Of a DNA stretch of 64,000 nt, positions 38,334 through 49,275 are shown piece after piece. The notes beneath the pieces were generated by a model that made no database searches, had not been told where the DNA came from, and saw only the letters and a list, made by a program, of their open reading frames with translations. Every line of letters starts with the position of its first letter. Within the stretch, counting starts at the first letter, position 1. Origin of the DNA: Bacteroidota bacterium. Lineage in GTDB: Bacteria > Bacteroidota > Bacteroidia > Palsa-965. The stretch is taken from positions 19,590 to 83,589 of the forward strand of contig JAAFIA010000007.1 in the NCBI GenBank assembly GCA_013298545.1. Reading direction: 5' to 3'. The position numbers and the translations under genes are program-made.

Positions 38334-40121
38334 ATGAAATCTTTTTTTGGTTCTCTTCTTGGCGCATTGGTTGGTGTTATTTTCACCGGACTCATTGCCA
38401 TTTTTGCCATCGGCGGCATGCTTTCTTCGGCATTCAAAAACGACAAAGAACCTTTTGCGCTGAAACCCGCAAGCATTCTACATCTCAAGTTAGATGCTCC
38501 TATCATTGATCGACACAACGAAGAAGGCTTTTCGGGTCTTGCGGCTTTTCGTGGCGAGAAAAAAAATACCGGACTTGATTACATCATCAAGCAACTCAAA
38601 AAAGCCCAAAAAGACGAACGCATCAAAGGTGTTTTTCTGGAAGGATCAAACATCGAAGCGGGAATGGCAACTACCGAAGAATTGCGTAATGCCCTTTTGG
38701 ATTTCAAAAAATCTGGAAAGTTTATTTATAGCTACGGCGAGACGTATTCCCAAAAAGGATATTACCTGAGCAGTGTTTCGGATAAAATATTCATTCACCC
38801 TGAAGGTGGACTTGATTTTAAAGGATTGAGCGCGCAGATCATGTTTTACAAAAAGATGTTGGAAAAACTAGACATTCATGTGCAGATTTTCCGTCACGGA
38901 AAATTCAAAAGTGCGGTTGAGCCATTTGATCTTGAAAAAATGAGTACCCCAAACCGCGAACAAACCATGACCTATATCGGATCGTTGTGGAATCAGATGT
39001 TGAAAGGAATTGGCAGTACACGAAAAGTAAATACGGCTACATTAAATGATCTAGCCACCAATCTCAAAATTCGCTCAACACAAGACGCGGTTGATAATCG
39101 TTTAGTGGATGCGAAAGCTTATTACGATGAAGTAACGGATGAATTGCGCAAAAAAGCTTCGCCTGAAGCAACAGAAAAATTGCACCTTGTTTCGCTCGAT
39201 CAGTTTTCGCGTGTATTGGCCGAAGATGATGAAACAGATGAAGCTAAACTCACGCGTGATAAAATAGCTGTGATTTACGCCATTGGAAACATTGAAAGTG
39301 GCGAAGGGGATGATGAAACCATTGGCTCCGATCGTATTGCCAAAGCCATACGCGATGCTCGGGAAGACGAAAACGTAAAAGCAATTGTTTTGCGCGTCAA
39401 TTCACCCGGCGGTAGTGCATTAGCGTCTGATGTCATTTGGCGTGAAATGACCTTGGCCAAAAAAGCAAAACCGGTGATTGTTTCGATGGGCGACGTCGCT
39501 GCTTCGGGTGGTTATTACATTGCATGCAATGCGCATTTAATTGTAGCGCAACCCAACACGATTACAGGCTCTATCGGTGTTTTTGGCTTATTGCCCGAAA
39601 TGCAAAATTTGCTTGCCAATCAGATTGGTGTAACAATTGATACAGTCAATACCAATCCACATGCCGATTTGGGAACGCTTTTCCGTCCACTCCATCCGCT
39701 CGAAGCAGAAGTGATGCAACAAGGTGTAGAAGATGTTTACGAAACATTTATCACACGTGTTGCCGATGGCCGTAAGATGACCAAAGCAGAAGTTGATAGC
39801 ATTGGCCAAGGTCGTGTTTGGAGTGGTACAGATGCATTACGCATTGGATTGGTTGACACACTTGGTGGATTGGATGTAGCCATTGCGGCGGCGGCCAAAC
39901 AAGCCAAATTGGGCACGAATTACCGCATCAAAACATTGCCGGTTCAAAAAAACCCGTTCGACGATTTTCTGAAAAAAGCGTCTGACGATGCCAAAGAAGA
40001 AGCGATCAAAGGCGAGTTGGGTTTGTTGCAAAGCCAATACAATCAATTCCGAAAATCACAAGCGTTGTTGCAAGCGAAAGGAGTTCAGGCTCGTCTTCCG
40101 TTTGATCTGATCATTTACTAA
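38334..40121 (+). CDS. sppA: Signal peptide peptidase SppA (67K type, protease IV)
   Basis: 595 aa with an N-terminal TM segment and two ClpP/crotonase-like domains. Confidence 0.85.
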   Translation: MKSFFGSLLGALVGVIFTGLIAIFAIGGMLSSAFKNDKEPFALKPASILHLKLDAPIIDRHNEEGFSGLAAFRGEKKNTGLDYIIKQLKKAQKDERIKGVFLEGSNIEAGMATTEELRNALLDFKKSGKFIYSYGETYSQKGYYLSSVSDKIFIHPEGGLDFKGLSAQIMFYKKMLEKLDIHVQIFRHGKFKSAVEPFDLEKMSTPNREQTMTYIGSLWNQMLKGIGSTRKVNTATLNDLATNLKIRSTQDAVDNRLVDAKAYYDEVTDELRKKASPEATEKLHLVSLDQFSRVLAEDDETDEAKLTRDKIAVIYAIGNIESGEGDDETIGSDRIAKAIRDAREDENVKAIVLRVNSPGGSALASDVIWREMTLAKKAKPVIVSMGDVAASGGYYIACNAHLIVAQPNTITGSIGVFGLLPEMQNLLANQIGVTIDTVNTNPHADLGTLFRPLHPLEAEVMQQGVEDVYETFITRVADGRKMTKAEVDSIGQGRVWSGTDALRIGLVDTLGGLDVAIAAAAKQAKLGTNYRIKTLPVQKNPFDDFLKKASDDAKEEAIKGELGLLQSQYNQFRKSQALLQAKGVQARLPFDLIIY

Positions 40122-40184
40122 TTTTCATTCGTGCCTGAAAAGCGTTTTGTAATTCTGTACCTTCGAAACGTTTTTTAGCGCTTT

Positions 40185-41174
40185 ATGCAAAATCTTCCTC
40201 AGCTTAATTTGTTGCGTGGCATTGCTGCGCTCATGGTTGTTCTGTTTCACCTGACGTGTTTTCAGGGCGTGAAATCGCCTGTTTTATCGGAGGGGAATTG
40301 GCTGCGTAGCCTTGGTTCGCATGGCGATATGGGCGTGTATTTATTTTTTGTGATTTCGGGATTCGTTATCCCCTACTCCATGCACCGCGCAGGTTATACA
40401 ATTCGTAATGCAGGTCGATTTTTACTCAAACGGTTGGCGCGATTAGAGCCTCCATATATCGCTTGTTTGGTATTAACGCTTTTGGTAAATGCTTATTTGA
40501 TGCACAAATGGGGGCAAGAAGTACACCTAGATCCAGTTCGTATTTTATTGCACATCGGCTATCTTATCCCGTTTACGTTTGGCGAATACGAGTGGTACAA
40601 TATTATTTTCTGGACCTTGGCCATTGAGTTTTGTTTTTACTTGCTCATGGCATTGGTTTTTCCGCTTTTCACCCATCGTTTTTGGTGGGTGAAAGTTCTT
40701 GTATTTTTAGCCTTTCTAATTGCGCCCTTTTGTTACTCGCACGGTGGTTTTTTGCCGCGTTTTCTACCTGTTTTTTTAGCTGGGATTTTGGTATTTCTGT
40801 ATCATACCAAACAAATCAATGCGTGGTTTTTAGTTGGATTTGGGGGGCTGACATTGATGGTGCTTTTTTACCAAAACGAATTGGGGATCGGGATTACAAC
40901 TGCGGTGGCAGCCTTGGCCATTTTGTTTCTGCGCTCGGATACGCGGGTGGGGAATTTTTTGGGCGATATTTCGTATTCCATATACCTCATGCATGGCATG
41001 CTGGGCATTATTCCAATTTCATTTGCCTGCCTTGAACCACATTCCGATGCCAAAGGCTATTTATGGATTATCATCTGCACAGCACTTTCCATCGTCGGTT
41101 CTTGGATATTTTCGCGGATTATTGAGCGGCCATCCAAACAACTTTCGCAGCGAATTGTTTTGAAAAAAGGATAA
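40185..41174 (+). CDS. Acyltransferase family 3 (OafA/YrhL-like) integral membrane protein
   Basis: The N-terminus LLRGIAALMVVLFH is the Acyl_transf_3 signature. About 10 TM segments. Confidence 0.75.
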   Translation: MQNLPQLNLLRGIAALMVVLFHLTCFQGVKSPVLSEGNWLRSLGSHGDMGVYLFFVISGFVIPYSMHRAGYTIRNAGRFLLKRLARLEPPYIACLVLTLLVNAYLMHKWGQEVHLDPVRILLHIGYLIPFTFGEYEWYNIIFWTLAIEFCFYLLMALVFPLFTHRFWWVKVLVFLAFLIAPFCYSHGGFLPRFLPVFLAGILVFLYHTKQINAWFLVGFGGLTLMVLFYQNELGIGITTAVAALAILFLRSDTRVGNFLGDISYSIYLMHGMLGIIPISFACLEPHSDAKGYLWIIICTALSIVGSWIFSRIIERPSKQLSQRIVLKKG

Positions 41175-41229
41175 TTTTTTCTTGCATTTTTTTGGTTTGC
41201 CACGGGCATTTACTGACTACCTTTGCAGC

Positions 41230-41961
41230 ATGGGAACAGCCGTTACGCCTTACAATTCCGAGACCGGAAAAAAAGAACAGGTTGCCGAAATGTTTGACAA
41301 CATTGCGCACCGCTACGATTTTCTGAACCAAATTCTCTCGCTCGGAATTCACAAAGGCTGGCGCAGAAAAGCCGTTGATTTGCTCAAAGCAGATAACCCA
41401 CAACACATTCTCGATGTAGCAACAGGCACAGGCGATTTTGCCGTCGAATCGTGGAAACGCTTGCAGCCCAAACACGTTACGGGTGTCGATATTTCGGAGG
41501 GCATGATGAAATTTGGTCGTGAAAAATTGGTGAAGTTGGGGTTCGATAAAAACATCACGCTTCAGTTGGGCGATTCCGAAAATTTGCCGTTTGAGGACAA
41601 TACATTTGATGGTATTACGGTTGGTTTTGGGGTGCGCAATTTTGAAACGTTAAGCAAAGGTATTGCTGGCATGCACCGTGTTTTGAAACCCGGAAAAAAA
41701 TTGGTCGTACTCGAATTTTCACGTCCGCGAAAATTTCCGATCAAACAACTTTACTTTTTCTATTTTCTCAAAATGCTCCCTTTCATCGGAAAGCTATTTT
41801 CCAAAGATTCGCGCGCGTACAGTTATTTGCCCGAATCGGTCAATGCGTTTCCTGATGGCGAAGATTTTCTGAATGTATTGCGGAAAGCTGGCTTTACGGA
41901 TGTAACGGCTCAACCCGTTACCTTTGGCATTGCATCTATTTATACAGGCCGCAAAGTCTGA
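41230..41961 (+). CDS. ubiE: Demethylmenaquinone/ubiquinone C-methyltransferase
   Basis: SAM motif LDVATGTGD, plus MFDNIAHRYDFLN, which is UbiE-specific. The start was chosen at MGTAVTPYN. Confidence 0.85.
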   Translation: MGTAVTPYNSETGKKEQVAEMFDNIAHRYDFLNQILSLGIHKGWRRKAVDLLKADNPQHILDVATGTGDFAVESWKRLQPKHVTGVDISEGMMKFGREKLVKLGFDKNITLQLGDSENLPFEDNTFDGITVGFGVRNFETLSKGIAGMHRVLKPGKKLVVLEFSRPRKFPIKQLYFFYFLKMLPFIGKLFSKDSRAYSYLPESVNAFPDGEDFLNVLRKAGFTDVTAQPVTFGIASIYTGRKV

Positions 41962-42039
41962 GCAACGAAATAGCAACATATACGTCTTAACATCGCATCC
42001 TGCAATAAATTATCTTTGCATCCGTTAATGTTTTATCCC

Positions 42040-42753
42040 ATGAACCGATTTCGCCTTTCTATTCTACTGTTGATGCTTACGCTAACGCTGCATGCGCAAA
42101 AGAGTCGCATGTCAGAAAATCGTCCTGAGTATTACAGTGCGCCCTTGCATTTCGGTTTTTTCTTAGGCATCAACCAAACCAATTTCCTGATTACAACTGT
42201 TACTAATTTTTCGCAAGTTGCAGGCGATTCGCTGCGCACGATTTTGTCTTCGCCTGAAACTGGTTTTAACTTGGGTATTGTTTCGGAGTTGCGTTTACAT
42301 AAATATGCGACGCTTCGTTTTACCCCAGACATCGCCTTCGGACAACGCAACATCGAATACAATTTTGCGGGGCGCGATACATTTGATGTTGTCAAAAAAA
42401 TCGAATCTACTTTTTTAGATTTTCCACTCGATCTTAAAATACGATCCAAACGCCTCGGCAATGTTGCTGTTTATATGCTTGGCGGAATGAAGTACACACT
42501 TGATCTGGCTTCGCAAAAAGATACGCGCAATACCATTCCTGGACAAGAAATTGTGAAGTTGCATAAAAATGATTGGGCTTATCAAGCAGGTGCTGGTGTT
42601 GATATGTTTATGCCTTATTTCAAATTTGGAATTGAGTTGAAATTATCGATGGGCTTACGCAACTTGCTTGTTCCCGACAACACCATTTACTCCAACTCGT
42701 TGGAACGTTTACGTTCTAGGGTATTCCTCATTTCCTTCACCTTCGAAGGGTAA
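42040..42753 (+). CDS. Outer-membrane β-barrel protein (PorT/OmpA-like family)
   Basis: Signal peptide MNRFRLSILLLMLTLTLHAQ. About 237 aa. It ends in F/G. Confidence 0.4.
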   Translation: MNRFRLSILLLMLTLTLHAQKSRMSENRPEYYSAPLHFGFFLGINQTNFLITTVTNFSQVAGDSLRTILSSPETGFNLGIVSELRLHKYATLRFTPDIAFGQRNIEYNFAGRDTFDVVKKIESTFLDFPLDLKIRSKRLGNVAVYMLGGMKYTLDLASQKDTRNTIPGQEIVKLHKNDWAYQAGAGVDMFMPYFKFGIELKLSMGLRNLLVPDNTIYSNSLERLRSRVFLISFTFEG

Positions 42754-42759
42754 GCCATC

Positions 42760-44334
42760 ATGATCCGCGAACTTCACCTGATGTTGCGGCCCGATCAGGC
42801 GTTTGATGAAACGGCCTTGCGGGAACATCTCTGCGAAACACTTGCCATTACAAACGAATCGCTTGCGGGTTGGCGTTTACTGAAACGTTCTGTTGATGCA
42901 CGTTCGCGAACCATCAAAGTTTCAGTTCGACTCGAAGTGTTTATCGACGAGCCGCTTCCTGACGAAAATCTCTGTTGGGAATTTCAAGATGTTAGTCAAA
43001 AACCTGCTGTACATATTATTGGTGCTGGCCCTGCGGGATTATTTGCGGCCATGCGTTTGATTGAATTGGGTTTACGTCCAATCATCATCGAGCGCGGAAA
43101 AGACGTGCAACGCCGCCGTCGCGATCTGGCAGCCATTAACCGCGATCAGGTAATCAATCCCGATTCGAATTATTGTTTTGGCGAAGGCGGTGCAGGAACG
43201 TATTCGGATGGTAAATTATACACCCGTTCCAACAAGCGCGGCGACATTCAACGCATCCTCGAATTGTTTGTCATGCACGGTGCCGACCCAACTATTTTGG
43301 CCGAAGCGCATCCGCACATTGGCACAAACAAATTGCCGAAAATCATTGTAGCCATGCGCGAAAATATTTTGCGTGCTGGTGGCGAAGTGCATTTCGATAC
43401 GCGGGTAACGGATTTTGATTTGCGCGATGGAAAAATCGTTCGCATCCTCGCGCAGCAAAATGAAACCGAAGTGGCTTTTGATTGCCATCACGTTATTTTA
43501 GCAACGGGGCATTCGGCGCGCGATATTTTTGAACTGCTGCACCGCAAAAATATTTTGATTGAAGCGAAATCATTTGCGATGGGTGTGCGTGCCGAACATC
43601 AGCAAGCGCTTGTGGATGCGGTTCAATACCATTGCACCATACAACAAGTAACGAAACAACGCGAGTATCTTCCGGCGGCTTCGTATAGTTTAGTGCATCA
43701 AGCCAATGGCAAGGGCGTGTATTCGTTTTGCATGTGTCCGGGTGGAATTATAGCACCGTGCGCTACTGGTCCAGAACAGGTTGTAACCAATGGTTGGTCG
43801 CCATCAAAACGCAATAATCCGTATGCCAATTCGGGCATAGTGGTGGCGGTTGATCCGGCGGAGTTGAAGCAATATTTGAAATATGGCGCGTTGGCCGGAT
43901 TGCGGTATCAGCAAGATTTGGAGCGTATGGCATGGCGCGCGGGGGGCGAAACACAAGTTGCTCCTGCGCAAGGAATTTTAGATTTTGTCAACGGAAAAAT
44001 TTCCACTTCGCTTCCCGATTGTTCGTATCAGCCGGGAGTAAAATCGGTGCCATTGCATGAATTGTTGCCACCCGAAATTGGAATGCGTTTGCAAGAAGGG
44101 TTTCGGATTTTTGGACAGAAACTAAAAGGCTATTTGACGAATGATGCGTTGATCGTAGGCGTAGAATCGCGCACATCATCGCCTGTACGCATTCCGCGCG
44201 ATCGCGAAAAATTACATCATCCGCAGGTTACGAATATGTATCCGTGCGCAGAGGGCGCTGGCTATGCAGGAGGAATTGTTTCTGCGGCGATGGATGGGCA
44301 GCGCTGTGCGGAGGCAATTGCAGGAGGTTTCTAA
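42760..44334 (+). CDS. NAD(P)/FAD-dependent oxidoreductase (COG2509-like)
   Basis: IIGAGPAGLFAA is a dinucleotide-binding motif. 524 aa. Confidence 0.65.
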   Translation: MIRELHLMLRPDQAFDETALREHLCETLAITNESLAGWRLLKRSVDARSRTIKVSVRLEVFIDEPLPDENLCWEFQDVSQKPAVHIIGAGPAGLFAAMRLIELGLRPIIIERGKDVQRRRRDLAAINRDQVINPDSNYCFGEGGAGTYSDGKLYTRSNKRGDIQRILELFVMHGADPTILAEAHPHIGTNKLPKIIVAMRENILRAGGEVHFDTRVTDFDLRDGKIVRILAQQNETEVAFDCHHVILATGHSARDIFELLHRKNILIEAKSFAMGVRAEHQQALVDAVQYHCTIQQVTKQREYLPAASYSLVHQANGKGVYSFCMCPGGIIAPCATGPEQVVTNGWSPSKRNNPYANSGIVVAVDPAELKQYLKYGALAGLRYQQDLERMAWRAGGETQVAPAQGILDFVNGKISTSLPDCSYQPGVKSVPLHELLPPEIGMRLQEGFRIFGQKLKGYLTNDALIVGVESRTSSPVRIPRDREKLHHPQVTNMYPCAEGAGYAGGIVSAAMDGQRCAEAIAGGF

Positions 44335-44376
44335 TTTTCAATTCCATACGGCCATTCATTTTACCGCAAATAAATC

Positions 44377-44901
44377 ATGCTCAAAATTTACTTCGCATTT
44401 GTCTTTTCATTTTTCATGCTGCTATTTTCTGCCTGCGCCGAAAAAGAGCCTGCGCATCCTCAAAAAAATCTCGACAGTCAAAAAGATTCGACCAAAATAT
44501 ATGTTCCTGTTTCGGAATCCTTGTATCGCGAAATTTACATGCAGGATAGTTTATTGTTTGCCGCATTCAACGCACATGATTCGGAAGCATTGATGAATTT
44601 TTTCACTTCCGATTTAGAATTTTTTCACGACAAAGGCGGCTTATCGGATTTGCGCGGAACAGCGGATGGTTTTCAACGCCTTTTTGCCAACAACAAAAAC
44701 ACAGGTCTAAGGCGCGATCTTGTTGCCGGAAGCATGGAAGTTTATCCGATAGCAAATTATGGTGCAGTTCAAACGATGTTGCATCGTTTTTGTCATCTTG
44801 AGAATGGAAAAGATGATTGCGGAACATTTAAAAATATGATGATCTGGAAGAAAACAGAAAGCGGCTGGAAAGTAAGCCGTGTGGTGAGTTACGATCATTG
44901 A
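44377..44901 (+). CDS. NTF2-like (SnoaL/DUF4440-like) lipoprotein
   Basis: Signal and lipobox LFSAC. 174 aa. Confidence 0.4.
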   Translation: MLKIYFAFVFSFFMLLFSACAEKEPAHPQKNLDSQKDSTKIYVPVSESLYREIYMQDSLLFAAFNAHDSEALMNFFTSDLEFFHDKGGLSDLRGTADGFQRLFANNKNTGLRRDLVAGSMEVYPIANYGAVQTMLHRFCHLENGKDDCGTFKNMMIWKKTESGWKVSRVVSYDH

Positions 44902-44925
44902 TTTTCTTCAACCTATAAAAAGACA

Positions 44926-44954
44926 AAGGCTTCTGCATTACACAGAAGCCTTTG
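44926..44954. terminator. Rho-independent terminator
   Basis: aaaggcttctg cattaca cagaagccttt, a perfect 11-bp stem. Confidence 0.65.
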
Positions 44955-45337
44955 TGGTGAAATCGGGAAACGCTACAAACCCGATTTCGAAGTCCGCATT
45001 GTCCGAGCGGTCAGACAGGCGGCGCCACGGTTTTTAAGATGAGTATGATTGATATACGTTTTATTAGCATGATTATACATGAAAATCGGCTTGAGTTGGT
45101 GTAAACGCCCGCCGAAACTGGTCATTTGAACAAGAACAAAGTCCATGAAGACAATTAGAAATGCTTGAAATTTAGTGTTCATCGGAATTGTTCCTTTCTA
45201 TTATTTGTTGGTCTTATGTGTATCTATTCAATTGCTGTGCCAAACTTTTTTCAAACTCGTTGGCAAACGTTTTTTTGCACAAACGGAATACTACCCAAAA
45301 ACATCATTTGGCCTCTGATCTTTTCTACCTTTGCTGC

Positions 45338-45700
45338 ATGAACTTCATCGTAAAAATAATCATCACCACACTGGCGGTATTGCTGACCACGTGGTTGCTT
45401 CCCGAATCGTGGGTACATATAGATGGTTGGCTTCCGGCATTGATCGTTGCGCTTGTTTTGGCGTTTCTTAATCAAGTTGTTCGTCCAATCATGATTTTCT
45501 TAACGATCCCAGCAACCTTATTTACGTTGGGTTTATTTCTCTTAGCAATCAATGCATTTATCATCATGATTGCCGATTACTTTGTAAAAGGCTTTACCGT
45601 TTACGGATTTTGGAAGGCTCTGGCATTTAGTTTCATTCTATCTATTGCAACAGCAGTGCTCGAAGGCTTCCGCAAACGAGACGAAGCGCGTCGCGATTAA
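45338..45700 (+). CDS. Phage_holin_4_2 (DUF360)-family small membrane protein
   Basis: The internal start MNFIVKIIITTLAVLL gives a protein of about 120 aa with 3–4 TM segments. Confidence 0.5.
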   Translation: MNFIVKIIITTLAVLLTTWLLPESWVHIDGWLPALIVALVLAFLNQVVRPIMIFLTIPATLFTLGLFLLAINAFIIMIADYFVKGFTVYGFWKALAFSFILSIATAVLEGFRKRDEARRD

Positions 45701-45720
45701 TTTTTCAAATTCACTAGTGT

Positions 45721-47103
45721 ATGAATTGGCATTCGTTATTTTCTGAAGCACGCATTGGAGATCGGGAGCCGCGTCGTCGGCAGTCGCCAGACCGTACAAG
45801 TTTTGAGCGCGATTTTGATCGTGTGGTATTTTCATCGGCGTTTCGTCGGCTTCAAGATAAAACGCAGGTTATTCCACTTCCTGAAAGCGATTTTGTACAC
45901 ACGCGTTTAACACACAGTTTAGAAGTTTCTTGCGTAGGTCGATCACTCGGAAAGTTGGCTGGACAAACATTAATTGAACGGCATCGTTTAACCGATTTGC
46001 ATCCATCCGATTTTGGTGCGGTGGTAGCGGCAGCAGCATTGGCGCATGATATTGGCAATCCGCCATTTGGCCATTCGGGCGAAGCATCCATCAGCAATTA
46101 TTTTGCAAACGGAAAAGGCGAAAAATTTCGCGCGCAAATCAATGACGAAAATTTGTGGGCCGATTTGACGCAGTTTGAAGGCAACGCAAATGGATTTAAA
46201 TTATTGACTAATTACAACGATGCGTCTGGCGGAAGCATCAACCTCACCTACTCTACACTTGCTGCATTTACAAAATACCCAACGCGTTCGAATAAACTGC
46301 AAGAACACGAAGCGTTGATGAAAGGGCGTGTAAGTCAGAAAAAATATGGTTACTTCCAATCGGAGAAAGAAATTTTTGAATCTATTTTCCAGCATTTGGA
46401 AGTTGAACAATTGACGGATTATGCTTGGCGCAGGCACCCACTCGCATATATTGTAGAAGCGGCAGATGATATTTGTTATCGGATCATTGATTTTGAAGAT
46501 GGCATTCGAATCGGATTGATTCCTTTCAAACAGGGAGTTGAATTGTTGCAGGCCGTTTGTGGTGATGGGTTTAATGTAGATCGTTTTCAGCAAATAGGCG
46601 ATGCGCACGAGCAAATTGGGTACCTCCGCGCACGGGCCATCAACCGCTTGATTGGCGAATCGAATGCGTTGTTTTTGGATCTCGACGAACAAATTCTTTC
46701 GGGCAAATTCGACAAATCATTGGTTGATGAATTTAAACCGGAATTGAAAAATCCGTTGGAAGATATTCTCACCCTTTCGCGCGAGCAAGTCTATCGTAGT
46801 AAAAATGTGTTGCAGATTGAAGCTGCCGGATTTACGGTTGTAGCAGAATTGTTAGATGCGTTTATTACAGCGGTGAATGATTACCGCACTTGTGGCAGCG
46901 ATTTAAAAACATTGCGCAAAAAACATCCGTATAGCGAAAAAGTATTGAGTTTGTTGCCGAAACAATTTTTACATGCGTCTGGAGAAAGTGGTTACGATTT
47001 GTACCTGCGTATTTTGCGCGTGTGCGAATACGTTGCAGGCATGACAGATAGTTATGCGGTTACGTTATATCGTCGGCTGAAGGGAATTGAATTGCCCGGA
47101 TAA
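45721..47103 (+). CDS. dgt: dGTP triphosphohydrolase (HD-domain dGTPase, Dgt-like)
   Basis: HD motifs HSLEV...LAHDIGNPPFGHSGE. 460 aa. Confidence 0.85.
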   Translation: MNWHSLFSEARIGDREPRRRQSPDRTSFERDFDRVVFSSAFRRLQDKTQVIPLPESDFVHTRLTHSLEVSCVGRSLGKLAGQTLIERHRLTDLHPSDFGAVVAAAALAHDIGNPPFGHSGEASISNYFANGKGEKFRAQINDENLWADLTQFEGNANGFKLLTNYNDASGGSINLTYSTLAAFTKYPTRSNKLQEHEALMKGRVSQKKYGYFQSEKEIFESIFQHLEVEQLTDYAWRRHPLAYIVEAADDICYRIIDFEDGIRIGLIPFKQGVELLQAVCGDGFNVDRFQQIGDAHEQIGYLRARAINRLIGESNALFLDLDEQILSGKFDKSLVDEFKPELKNPLEDILTLSREQVYRSKNVLQIEAAGFTVVAELLDAFITAVNDYRTCGSDLKTLRKKHPYSEKVLSLLPKQFLHASGESGYDLYLRILRVCEYVAGMTDSYAVTLYRRLKGIELPG

Positions 47104-47105
47104 GT

Positions 47106-49076
47106 TTACTTTCCGCCGCGCGCGAGATATTGGCTGTACCATTTATTTGCGGATGCCGTATCGCCGATGGCGAGAAAATTGGTGGCAATCATTTTGAGTG
47201 GCGTGGGGTCTGCGGGATTGAGTTTCAGGATTTTTTCAAAGGCCGCATTGGAGCGTTCAAGGTCTTTGTGCATGCCGAGTACATTGGCGTATTTCACCCA
47301 CGCATCGATGTATGTTGAATCGTATTTTACAGCCTCGGCTAAAGCATCAATTGCTTTTAGTGTATCGCCTTTGTTGAGGTAGGCATAACCGAGAAAATTG
47401 CGTGTGTCTTTGTAAACAATACCGTTGGCGATGGTTTGGTTGAGGTAAACAACCGCGCTATCAAAATCGCCTTTCATGGTAAACGCATCGGCCATATTGG
47501 CAATAACCGTTTTGTCTTCTGGATTTAGTGCATGCGATTTGCGAGACCAATAAAGCGATGTCTTATAATCTTTCAAGCGAAAATAAGCCACACCTAAATT
47601 GAATGGGCTTTGCCAATCGGAGGAATCGAGTTGATTGGATTTTATAAAATAGCCGATCGCTTGATCCAATACTTGTTTTTTCTGTACCTGATCTTGCATG
47701 GAAAGTGTTTGCCCAAGCAACGTTGTACCGTAATTGTAATTCACACGCGCACTTTCTGGCGCATGTGCTACATCGGCTGCAAAAAGAGTTTCGTTGCTTT
47801 TCCAGTCGGGCGTTCTATTCCATGTAATGATTAACGAGATGACAATCAATATTCCACTTCCAACAACGAGTATATTTTTAGCACGATCAGGAAACCGTTC
47901 TTGGATCTGTTTCAACAGTCCAACAAATGCAAGGGCAAAACCGAGTGAAGGAACAAACATAAACCGATCGGCCATGGTAGCACCAATCAACACAAATATG
48001 TTGGATGTTAACGCAAACGAAAACAGTAGCCACAAAATCCCCCAAACAATGAGCGGATGGCGTTTATAATATTTCACACTAACGAAAATCAATCCGACTA
48101 GCAAAAACACTCCAAAAATGGCCATTGGGCTGAATAGCCCAACTAGCTTAACTTCTGGGAATGAATAGTCATACGACAACGGATAAGGAACAAGTATTTT
48201 TTGTAAATACATTACCACCATCGACAAGGCTGTACCAATTCGGTCGCCGAAGGATTCTGCGGCAATGAGCGTATTGTCGTGATACGAATAGGTGATTGTT
48301 TTTGCTGGCGAATTTTGAATAACAGCCGTATGCCAAACAATCCAAATAACGATTGCAACAAGTAAGTAAGCTGTTGAAAAAATGAGTTCGCGTATTTTTT
48401 GTTGCCGAAAGAAAACGAGCATCAGCAACATGACGGGTAGCATGGTTACAGCACCTTCTTTAGAAAGCAAGGCCAAGAAAAAGAAGATCGCAGCAAAAAT
48501 GGCATACACTTTTTTATGCTTGTCGATCATCCGCAAAAGCATACGCATGGAAAGCAATGAAAACAAAAGTGCTAAAATCTCATCCGCACTTTTGATGTTG
48601 GCAACCACTTCGGTATGCGATCCATGCACAAGAAACAACAACGAAACGGCAATGGCCCAATGCGACGAAAATTCGCGAAACAATTCGCGCAAAAAACGAT
48701 AGAGCACGACAATCGTTAGCGCGTACAACAGCACTTGTACGAAATGATAAAAGGCCGGACTATTGGGGACAAATTGCCATTCGGTTGCAAAAAGCAACAG
48801 CGAGATCGGACGAAACAAACCCGAATTGGCTTGTGCAAAAGAGGCATTTCCTTCCCAGTAAAATGTAGAAAGAATATCGCCAAAACCAGCAAAGCCTTTT
48901 TTCACAAAACCATTTTCGTAAACAACAGCAAAATCATCGAGCGCATACGAAAATCCAATTGTTCTTGCATACAGCAAAAAAGCAAACAGGCCGAGTGCAA
49001 GAGCTACGCGTATATTGTTTGTTAAAAAACTTCCGCCGAAATCTGTATTAGCGGTCATGTCTTTTTTCTTTGCCAT
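47106..49076 (-). CDS. Polytopic membrane protein with a C-terminal TPR domain (protein O-mannosyltransferase/DUF2723-like with TPR)
   Basis: Starts at MAKKKDMT. About 11 TM segments, then TPR repeats in the last roughly 250 aa. Confidence 0.6.
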   Translation of the reverse strand: MAKKKDMTANTDFGGSFLTNNIRVALALGLFAFLLYARTIGFSYALDDFAVVYENGFVKKGFAGFGDILSTFYWEGNASFAQANSGLFRPISLLLFATEWQFVPNSPAFYHFVQVLLYALTIVVLYRFLRELFREFSSHWAIAVSLLFLVHGSHTEVVANIKSADEILALLFSLLSMRMLLRMIDKHKKVYAIFAAIFFFLALLSKEGAVTMLPVMLLMLVFFRQQKIRELIFSTAYLLVAIVIWIVWHTAVIQNSPAKTITYSYHDNTLIAAESFGDRIGTALSMVVMYLQKILVPYPLSYDYSFPEVKLVGLFSPMAIFGVFLLVGLIFVSVKYYKRHPLIVWGILWLLFSFALTSNIFVLIGATMADRFMFVPSLGFALAFVGLLKQIQERFPDRAKNILVVGSGILIVISLIITWNRTPDWKSNETLFAADVAHAPESARVNYNYGTTLLGQTLSMQDQVQKKQVLDQAIGYFIKSNQLDSSDWQSPFNLGVAYFRLKDYKTSLYWSRKSHALNPEDKTVIANMADAFTMKGDFDSAVVYLNQTIANGIVYKDTRNFLGYAYLNKGDTLKAIDALAEAVKYDSTYIDAWVKYANVLGMHKDLERSNAAFEKILKLNPADPTPLKMIATNFLAIGDTASANKWYSQYLARGGK

Positions 49077-49275
49077 GTGGTGAAAATAGGAAAGAAAAAT
49101 GAAACTTCGTTTTTCGGCAAACAAGGCCTGCTCCTCGCACAGAATCATCAACACGTCGCAAACACAATTGCTTTTATGAGCACAAAAGCCAATCAGGTTG
49201 CGAACATTAAACATTGGTAATTGTCATAGTTATCGAATATTGATTTAATTTTGCGACAACACAACCTAAACTACC

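Noticed and set aside
40631-41035. 134-aa alternative-frame ORF inside the acyltransferase-3 gene
   Set aside because: It is on the same strand but out of frame within a well-supported membrane-protein CDS.
44957-45060. Possible small structured RNA (SRP or other) in the 435-bp gap upstream of the holin-like gene
   Set aside because: It has hairpins (aaatcggg...cccgattt) but shows no recognisable match to the conserved SRP domain IV or to tmRNA/RNase P motifs. This is insufficient to call it an RNA gene.
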